Assembly (NCBI GenBank): GCA_900617105.1
Contig: UYFQ01000367.1
Span: forward strand, 1 to 57,322
DNA length: 57,322 nucleotides
Source of the DNA: Hydrurus foetidus
Lineage: Eukaryota
Direction of reading: 5' to 3'
Shown: positions 49,095 to 57,322 of the stretch, one piece after another
Position numbering within the stretch: the first letter of the stretch is position 1
How the letters are laid out: every line of letters starts with the position of its first letter
Made by a program: the position numbers and the translations under genes
The notes under the pieces: model-generated
Databases searched by the model: none
What the model saw: only the letters and a program-made list of their open reading frames with translations
Told to the model about the DNA's origin: nothing

Positions 49095-50207
49095 TTAGTT
49101 TACCGATTTCGAGTGTCCACTGGCTGCTGATGCAGCCGATTGGCTCTCCTGGGCAGTGCACTCATATGCATAGTGTCCCGGTTCCTTACATGAATTACAA
49201 ATCCCGGGTCGGGTGCCGTATCCCGGACGTGCACCCTTCCCTTTTCCCGCATCCCCAGTTGACTTTCCCTTCTCTCTACCTACTGATTTTTCTCCTCCAG
49301 CTGTTTTCACTGCAAAGATATTAGATTGGTTAGGTGGGCCCATTCCGGCCGGTTTTCTGAGAGTCACCTTAGCCATCTCTAAGTACGCTTCATCTAGCGA
49401 ATCTGGCCAGTCCTTGATCCCATGCTCGTAGTATTCTACGAACTGTTTATACCCCGAGTTGAGTCCCTTCATGAACTTCATACCCGTGAGAAGGTTCTCG
49501 TGTATGGTCATGGCCGGTGTATACACCGGCTCGATCCCTAGGACCCGTTTGGTGTCATCGTATCCAGTCTTCAGGGCTTTGAAGCGCTGGTAGTAGTACT
49601 TGAGGACATCGTTGGGCTCCATTCTTACGGTCTCATAGGCCATCCTTACCCGTAGTAAGTTCTCGTCTGCTCCCAGCTTCGGGTCGGACAGGTGGGTGAG
49701 TATGATGGCTCTCATGAATAATAGCGGGTTCTCCGCTGTGATCGCGGCCAGGCCCGGTTCAGTTTCGCGGATAGTCGCCTTAGACGTCTCGCTTATCTGA
49801 CCTAGCATCAGGCCGAAGACCTGCTTCTTGTCGGTCTCTAGTTCGATCATTTTCTTGTCGTAGAGGTCCAGTGTTTTCTTCCATCTTGCAATTCGCATGA
49901 AGTTCGCGTCATCCGCTATATCGGCAGGAGCCACTAGGACGGGATATTCTCCTGGTATGCCTTCGTTTCCAAATATGTCACAAATGTCTGAGTTATAGTT
50001 GGTCCGCGTATACTCTCTAAATTTTCTCATCCATGCGCTTACGCTACCATGGTTCATTTCCTTCCCCAAATCCAGGAACGCGCCTATGGCCGCTACCGTT
50101 CCTGTTCGGGGTGGAGGCTTGAAGCCTCCACGGCCGGCATTGCCTCTGCCGCCGTTGGCAGGGCCGCCCTTGCCAGAAGGTTTCTTGTCTGCAACTTTTC
50201 CTTTCAT
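49095..50207 (-). CDS. Copia gag
   Basis: ATG at 50207, just downstream of the 5' LTR; CCHC knuckle CNSCKEPGHYAYEC. Confidence 0.9.
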   Translation of the reverse strand: MKGKVADKKPSGKGGPANGGRGNAGRGGFKPPPRTGTVAAIGAFLDLGKEMNHGSVSAWMRKFREYTRTNYNSDICDIFGNEGIPGEYPVLVAPADIADDANFMRIARWKKTLDLYDKKMIELETDKKQVFGLMLGQISETSKATIRETEPGLAAITAENPLLFMRAIILTHLSDPKLGADENLLRVRMAYETVRMEPNDVLKYYYQRFKALKTGYDDTKRVLGIEPVYTPAMTIHENLLTGMKFMKGLNSGYKQFVEYYEHGIKDWPDSLDEAYLEMAKVTLRKPAGMGPPNQSNIFAVKTAGGEKSVGREKGKSTGDAGKGKGARPGYGTRPGICNSCKEPGHYAYECTAQESQSAASAASGHSKSVN

Positions 50208-50221
50208 AGGATGAAAGTGCA

Positions 50222-50232
50222 ATTGTTAATTA
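50222..50232 (-). promoter_or_regulatory. Non-tRNA primer-binding site complementary to LTR 50368-50378 (candidate self-priming PBS)
   Basis: Sense TAATTAACAAT abuts the 5' LTR; the LTR sense strand contains its exact complement ATTGTTAATTA. Confidence 0.7.
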
Positions 50233-50597
50233 TGTCGGAGTCCACGCTTTAGTTCCACTGAATGGGCAACTAAATCCTTCCTGGGTCCGCTCTCCTGCAA
50301 CTTCAACCTGGCTTCTGATCACTTTCCCGGGCTCAAGGCGAAAGTGGGTTTGGTGTGATGTTTAAGGTAATTAACAATGCAACGTAGCTTACATCGTTCA
50401 TGGAAACAGTCGAGAAATTCGATCTGTCCCGCACAGTCAAACATGGTGTACTTTCATTTTTAATGTTCCTGGATGTGGAAAAAGAACTTGGACCGGTGGA
50501 GTAGCGACCTCCACGTGGCACACGACGTACGAAACGTCATTAAATGTACATACGTAATAACTTATACGGTTACTTTTATCACACAGTTATTCCGGCA
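50233..50597 (-). repeat. Copia 5' LTR
   Basis: Direct repeat of 39301-39668, with a 3-bp indel and a few SNPs. Confidence 0.95.
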
Positions 50598-50706
50598 CCG
50601 GTGCCGTTCGGTATCGTATCATCCGTAATCCGTAACTTCACTTCGACTTCTCAGCTTCTATGCATGAGACCCCGCATAATCTTCTCAGATTCCTCGGCAC
50701 CGCACC

Positions 50707-51856
50707 ATGTGTAAACTCTGGCGCACCGTCTATCTTATTCTGGCATGCGGTGCAGCAGAGTGTTTCCGTCCTCATCATATAGCCACTCGAAATAGCGCTC
50801 TATCGGCCAGAAAAGTCTGGTCTGCACCTCCTCCATCGGCGGAACCAAGTCTACCAATTTCACCTCCTATTCCTGGTGTAGAGGAGGATTTTTCTACTGG
50901 ATTGGCTTTCTCTGTCGAACTGCCGAAAAGAGGAGCTGGAATATCATGGGGATCTGACTTATCTTTTCGGTGGGTATATGTTCTCGATTTGGAGCCTACT
51001 TGCGAAGCGTACCAATCAGGACTAATCCAAAAGGTCTGTTTTAAGGTTTTGCACGACTTTGCCGTCACATAGACATAAATTCAATGCGAACTTCTTCATT
51101 ATATACAGGGCGACTATATAATTGGATTTGCGAACACCAGTACAATCGCAAAAGATTTTGACTTCGTTTTGACGGTAAGTTCCTGCTGTGACATCAATTA
51201 CAACTTGCACCTGACTGCAGTTCATTTATTTGATAGGCATTGAACAAACAAGAAGACTCCAGATTAAACTTCACTTTTTTCCGTGGCTCCAAAGAGCAAC
51301 TGATGGGTGGGGAAATGCCCGAGCCTGGTGAGATGACAATCACTGTCACAGTCGTACAGACAGGGAAACCTGATATGCTACTGAAATGTTCAGGTAAAAT
51401 CTCTACATGTGCTACGAGTAGATCTGCGAAATCATTCTTCGTCGATGTGTTCTGAAAATTGACTTTTGTTAATACGAATCAGGAGGAACTAACTTAAGGC
51501 AGCTTCTGGTCGGCAATGGAGTAAATGTGTACCGATCGCTGACAAGATGGACAAACTGCAACGGAAAGCAGAGATGTGGGACATGCATTGTAGATGTAAG
51601 TGGAGTTTGAAAATACGTTTTTGTAACAAAATTTGCACAAATATCACACTTCATTGAAATTTCCTATTGCCACTCTCACAATTCTAAAATGCAGATTGTT
51701 AAGAACATGGAAGGCTGCACTAGGCGGTCACTAGATGAAGAGGCAACTCTGCGTGAGAATCCTGCTTCTTATCGATTATCTTGTATCACCAGTGTTTACG
51801 AAGACGTAACAGTCGAAGTTCAGGGGCCCGTCGGGGCAGCCCAATGGACCAGATAG
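50707..51856 (+). CDS. Plastid-targeted PDZ-like plus 2Fe-2S ferredoxin domain protein (about 5 exons)
   Basis: Signal peptide ending AEC-F (ASAFAP-like). Spliced exons give 'VELPKRGAGISWG…GDYIIG', 'TNCNGKQRCGTCIVD' and 'YRLSCITSVYEDVTV'. Confidence 0.8.
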
Positions 51857-52364
51857 CATTTTGCATACTATACAGTGACCCGTAGGCAGTAGTAACCCGC
51901 ACTGAGACTCTAGACTCTACCTCAGAGAGATTTCGCAGTGATGGCTTACAGAGTTCGGCATGCTGGACCTCATCATTTGATTATTCCAAGGCGCAAAAGA
52001 GACTTGACCGAAGAGGCTTGTTTTGAGGTTGAACGCAATTCAGATTTTGCTTCCCCAACGCTGTGTACATGTAAATCAGCATACGACTTTTAAAAGACAC
52101 AACAATTATTGAGATGTGATTGCGTTGGCCCGGTGCAAATCTCCTCGAAGAAAAGGCAATTCTATGCGTGCACTGGATGAAGTCAACAACAATCGCTATC
52201 AAATCAAGTGTATAATTTAGTCCGATGATATCATACAGCGGCAACGATACCTACAATGCTCACTTTCGAGGGAGATTGGCGAAGAGTGTGTAGCCAGTAA
52301 GAGATTGCAAACCGGATCTTCATCGTCAACTTTGCCGAATTTCCCGAGGAAGATGCCGCAGTGG

Positions 52365-53288
52365 TTAGAATGTCCCAACGAGTCTTCGAAAAGTCAACGA
52401 AGTCCTTTTCCCTCTTATAATCTGTTGAACGTTTATTAGTTCAGAGATTATCTAATCGTAAGATAGAGCGTCAGGTGCAAGTCTTGGAAGACTTACTTCT
52501 TCTCCAATTGCTACGTCGGCTACTATCATATTCAAGCAGGGAGCCGACGCGCCGATCGTGTCTGATCTCACATTCTCTATGCCATGCATGAAACGCGTGT
52601 AGACATCATCCTTAAAAATCAAGACACTCCTTGGTTGCAGAAGGATACTGAAAACATCGTCTGAATTGTGCTGGCCGATTTCATGAGACTCAAGTTTGTG
52701 CTTAAAAGTCATTAGACAAGGGCTTTCAAGACTAAGTATTGCAACATTATCGCGATAGACAGGACCATCGGTATGGTGAATAATCCCACCCCCAGCCTCA
52801 TATTCGTTTATCAACACATGATTCGGTTTGTCAGATGAGGAAAATGTACCACATTCGACCAACGATTCGGAGATATCATTAAGCCACGCTGGTAGACCTT
52901 CCATGTTCTCCTTGTTTCCACCCCACAACTGGAGCCTGCGATTCTTTAAAGATTTCCACACATTGCATCCGTGCAGGGCGGAACAGGCTATTGATTCCAT
53001 GATCTGTAGTTCCTGGACGGGACTTATTGCATTTGGAATGTAATAGATGCTCTCTACTGTTCCGACTCTATATTCCTTTGAGGTTGAAATATTCAAGGAA
53101 TAATTCGCGGGAGCAGTTGACTCAGAAGATTCAGATAATGATACTTGTCGCATCCCCGATATCAACGACGTTGACGCGTGTGCGACTGGTGCTGCCACAT
53201 TTAAGTCTAAAACTTGATGGAGACTCGCTGCGCTCTTCTTTTGTCGTGCAATCAGTGTTTCTTCCCTCACGATTTTCTGGTAGTCCAT
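52365..53288 (-). CDS. ALKBH6: AlkB-family 2OG-Fe(II) dioxygenase, ALKBH6-like
   Basis: RRLQLWGG, PNHVLINEY…GIIHHTDGP, LLQPRS, MHGI. Intron 52422-52496 supplies the final exon RGKRTSLTFR. Confidence 0.88.
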
Positions 53289-53446
53289 GGGTCGAAAAGG
53301 CGTTCTACTTCTGCGACTGTCGTCGACGAATCAATAGATTGATGAAGAAGCGGTGTAGTTACGCTGTACGCTGCATACTGCATGCATTGGTTCCAGAGCG
53401 GAATAAGGCCAATCCGCAGTCTCTGACCAAGCACCAAGCCTACCAC

Positions 53447-53518
53447 TCCTTACGGTGTCGGATTTCAGGGAAAGTTGGAATCGGATTTCGGCTTTGAAAT
53501 CCAATTCTGACTTTTTTA
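53447..53518. mobile_element. Terminal fragment related to MITE C2
   Basis: CGGTGTCGGATTTCAGGGAAAGTT…GAAATCCAATTCTGACTTTTT matches the reverse complement of about 17960-18030. Confidence 0.75.
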
Positions 53519-53752
53519 TCCCTTCAGGGTTCATAAAGACCCTTCAGGGTTCATGACTTTTTCAGGGTTCATAAAGACCCTCTTTATCCCTCACATACGA
53601 AACGAATGTACCCCAGTTAATAACTTTCACTTAATATCTCCAGCTTAATAACTTTCACTTAATATCTTTCATTTAATATCTCCCGTCAAATAACTCCTAT
53701 TTAGTATCTCCCTATTAATATCTTTTCTTTTAATATCTCCCACTTAATAACG
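53519..53752. repeat. Short tandem repeats (TTCAGGGTTCAT x3; TTAATATCT-type x5)
   Basis: Directly visible. Confidence 0.7.
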
Positions 53753-53766
53753 TCTCTACCACCTAA

Positions 53767-53970
53767 GGCCGTTCCTTACAGCATCCAGAAAGTTCCATAA
53801 AAAAGTTCATCAAAAATTTTCCAAAAAAATAATTTTGTTTTCGTCATTTTAACTGTACCGTTCAAAATGTAGTTTTTGGATGGAGATTGCCATCCGAGAA
53901 GTGGGTCACTTTTCTGGGAAGGCATCGGTTATCCGAAAATTTTTTTTCGGATGGCCGTTTTTTCGGAAGA
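53767..53970. mobile_element. Left terminus of another Harbinger-family element
   Basis: TAA followed by GGCCGTTCCTTACAGCATCCA (1 mismatch to the element D TIR), with a subterminal region similar to MITE C1. The other end was not found in the window. Confidence 0.7.
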
Positions 53971-54626
53971 CAAGGAATATTTTTGAAATTGTTTTGTTTG
54001 AAATTTTCATCACATTATTGTGTCACTAATTTCAATAAACGCTGATTTTTGGTAAAACTTTTCCCTTCGTTTCTCTAGTCGTGGAAAAAATTAAACTAAT
54101 TCAAAAAAAAGAAGAATTGAACATGAATTAAATAAAAGAAGAAAATTCATTACGGAAGTCAAATGCCGGTTGGTTATGAATGATACACTTACTGAAAGTT
54201 TGACATTATCGTTTAATCAAAATTCAATTTTCATTTTATATTCTAAAAGTATTGATAAGGAAAAGTTGTTATGGATATGGCAAGGTATTCTGATAGCAAT
54301 ATTTTATTCCCATTCTCATTCCCATTCCTATTCAGATGTGCTATCAATTAAGCTTATAATGATGAATTCAAACATTTTCATATTTTTATTCTTCTTAATA
54401 TTCACATTTATCATGTTATTTATATTTTATGTGTTGTATTTTCTACACTACTGCTAATAATTGTATTCTGTATTATAGTATTATAGTATTATAGTATAAT
54501 AGTATTAGTATCTTTGAATTTACATTTACATACTTACACTCATCTTTATACGTATATTCTTGCTGACCTCTTGTCATTATTATCATGTAAATGTAATTCT
54601 AGATGATTATTTTGCTCTATGGAGAT

Positions 54627-55950
54627 CTAGATGTCACTGTAGATATCACTGTAGATATCACTGTAGATATCACTGTAGATGTCAATATAGATATCACTGT
54701 TAGATGTCACTGTAGATGTCACTGTAGATGTCACTGTAGATGTCACTGTAGATGTAGATATCACTGTAGATGTCACTGTAGATGTAGATATCACTGTAAA
54801 TGTCAATATAGATGTCACTGTAGATGTCACTGTAGAAGTCACTGTAGATGTCATTGTAAATGTCACTGTAGATGTCATTGAGAATCTGTAGATGTAGATG
54901 TCACTGTAGATGTCACTGTAGATGTAGAAGTCACTGTAGAGTCACTGTAGATTACACTGTAGATGTCACTGTAGATGTCACTGTAGATGTCACTGTAGAT
55001 GTCACTGTAGATGTCACTGTAGATGTCACTGTACTGTAGATGTCACTAATGTAGATGTCACTGTAGATGTCACTGTAGATATCACTGTAGACGTCGCTGT
55101 AGATATCACTGTGGAAGTTCATGGAGATGTTAGTGTAGAATTTACTATAGATGTCACGGTGGAAGTTACTGTAGATGTCACTGTTAGAAATCACTATAGA
55201 TGTCACTGTTAGATATCACTGTAGATGTTACTGTTAGATATCACTGTAGATGTTACTGTAGATTACACTGTAGAAGTTCATGGAGTTGTCACTGTAGAAG
55301 TTACTGTAGAAGTTCTTGAGATGTTACTGAAGATTACACTGTAGATGTCACTGTAGATGTCACTGTAGATGTCACTGTGGAAGTCACTGTAGATATCACT
55401 GTAGATATCACTGTAGATGTCAATATAGATGTCACTGTAGAAGTCACTGTAGATGTCATTGTAGATATCACTGTAGATGTCACTGTAGATGTCAATATAG
55501 ATGTTACTGTTAGATGTCACTGTAGATATCACATTAGATATCACTGTAGATGTCACTGTAGATGTCATTGTAGATGTCACTGTAGATGTCAATATAGATG
55601 TCACTGTAGATGTCACTGTAGATGTCATTGTAGATATCACTGTAGATGTCACTGTAGATGTCACTGTAGAAGTCACTGCAGATTACACTGTGGAAGTCAC
55701 TGTAGATGTCAATATAGATGTCACTGTAGATATCACTGTAGATGTCACTGTAGATGTCACTGTAGATGTCATTGTAGATATCACTGTAGATGTCAATACA
55801 TATATCACTGTTGATGTCACTGTAGATGTCACTGTAGATGTCACTGTAGAAGTCACTGTAGATGTCACTGTAGATGTCACTGTAGATGTCACTGTAGATG
55901 TCATTGTAGATGTCACTGTATATGTCACTGTAGCTGTAGATGTAGATATT
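54627..55950. repeat. 12-bp minisatellite (GATGTCACTGTA)n, about 1.3 kb
   Basis: About 100 degenerate tandem units. Confidence 0.97.
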
Positions 55951-56574
55951 CATGTAGATGTAGATATCAAGGTCAATGTTGATATATATATAAATGTTTT
56001 TTCAAATGGCAATGACGAGGTCAATGACATGAATTTGTTTGAATTCTCTTCGTACTCATGATCACTTCAGCATCCATGTTTAACATGTTTATATTGATCA
56101 TCCATCATCATCACATACACGAATATGTTGATCATACCCAAGTATATCTTCATGTTCGTCGTGTTCATAAGTTTGATTAATTACGTTTCACTCCAGGTTG
56201 ATTTCGTTGCTGAATATTTTGATTAAATTACAGAGGCAGATATCGATCCTGATTATTATTTATTATCATTCACTGTTCGGCATGACTGTTCACATCGACT
56301 TCTGTATAGCTAAATGTTTTCAAGTAGTTGCGTTGTAAATTTTGACATCAAATTTTATACGCCATGAATACGCAGTTACCGTGATAGCTATCTTTTGACT
56401 ATTTTGAAAAGTTGACTCGTAATGTATTAATCGATATCTTATGAATCCTACCTCGTGGAGTCAGAGCAGTAATTGGAATGACCAATTTATCACAGAAACA
56501 AACTTAAAGTACAGATAAGCTAACATTGTACTGAATAGCAGTCAATTGATTCGACACATACTGTTCTCTTAGAT

Positions 56575-57322
56575 TTGCTAGCGAAGTTTCTCTTCTCCTC
56601 TGTTGAGCTCTCATGGGGACAATGTCAGTTCCTGCACGAATTTGTAGAACTTCAATATTTTTGTGTTCTGTTCCTTCTTAAGAGACTTGATGAAGCTCCA
56701 AATGTTGTCTTTTGCTTTGAGGTTGATGTTCATGTGATTATGCCATCCTGTACATTGATGAAATAGTTTTGTTAATGGCGTGATCATCGAATCACTTTTA
56801 CGTAAGAAATCTTACCTTCAAGGTCATTATTTGTTCTGTGGCCGTCAGCAACACTGAACAAATTCCACGTGTTCTTTTTCGACATCCAAGTGTTTTGAAA
56901 TAAGCGACAAACTGGGGAATTGTCTCCAGTGGTATCGCAGCGCATTGAAGAGCACCCATATCTAAAATCAATTGAGTCAAAGTGGTGTCCAGATCGCTCT
57001 CTCCATTAACAACTATTTGAGCCGTTGTCCTATCATATGAGTTGCATTCATTAGATCTACACGATTAAGAAAAGTATCAGTATGCAAAACAGTATACCTA
57101 TCAATCCTTAGAAACGCAAGGAAATAGAACTTTCTGACGATCCGACGAAGCCCTGTTGCTTCATCTTTGTATGGCACCTACGATTTTTGGTCGATAGTTA
57201 TTGAATTAGGTGAAACATCAAAATGGAGAATCCAATACAAATAGTTAAACTTACCATAAGACGCTACTGAATCCATCTAAAGACAGCATTTGTGAAATGA
57301 AAGAAGCATCCTCGTCTAATGA
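56575..57322 (-). CDS. Possible multi-exon gene fragment of unknown function, running off the window edge
   Basis: Open minus-strand segments bounded by GTAAG/GTAT donors and AG acceptors; no family recognised. Confidence 0.3.

Larger units (their letters stand above)
39301..50597 (-). mobile_element. Copia LTR retrotransposon with both LTRs; pol disrupted, nested Gypsy inside RT
   Basis: LTRs 39301-39668 and 50233-50597 (TG…CA, near-identical). 5-bp TSD CCGGT at 39296-39300 and 50598-50602. Domain order gag-PR-INT-RT-RH. Confidence 0.96.

Noticed and set aside
54603..56061. ORFs with CRCH / VDVT / YSDI / TSTV repeats
   Set aside because: Translations of the 12-bp minisatellite in several frames, with frequent frame-breaking indels.

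Overview
Eukaryotic nuclear DNA with GT-AG introns. A bipartite signal/transit-peptide gene suggests a plastid-bearing stramenopile (ochrophyte). Host genes are few: poly(A) polymerase, a DNAJC9-like protein, a prolyl 4-hydroxylase-like protein, a small membrane protein, a plastid PDZ/2Fe-2S ferredoxin and an ALKBH6-like protein. They are separated by dense nests of transposable elements. (i) A Copia protease fragment is joined to a spliced Ulp1 protease gene. (ii) An 8-bp-TSD TIR element holds the 3' end of a chromovirus. (iii) Five PIF/Harbinger-type elements with GGCC-type termini sit end-to-end, two junctions being clean TTA sites. (iv) A Ngaro-like tyrosine-recombinase retrotransposon with split direct repeats is inserted without a TSD into a MITE, and its 5' region is tandemly triplicated (2383-bp period). 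(v) There are several MITEs/foldbacks and a 12-bp minisatellite. (vi) A two-LTR Copia element carries a nested, internally deleted Gypsy. The most notable observation is that this Copia element lacks a tRNA primer-binding site and instead has an 11-nt PBS-position sequence perfectly complementary to an Inr-like site inside its own LTR, the hallmark of Tf1-type self-priming. All calls were made by eye; no database searches were run.
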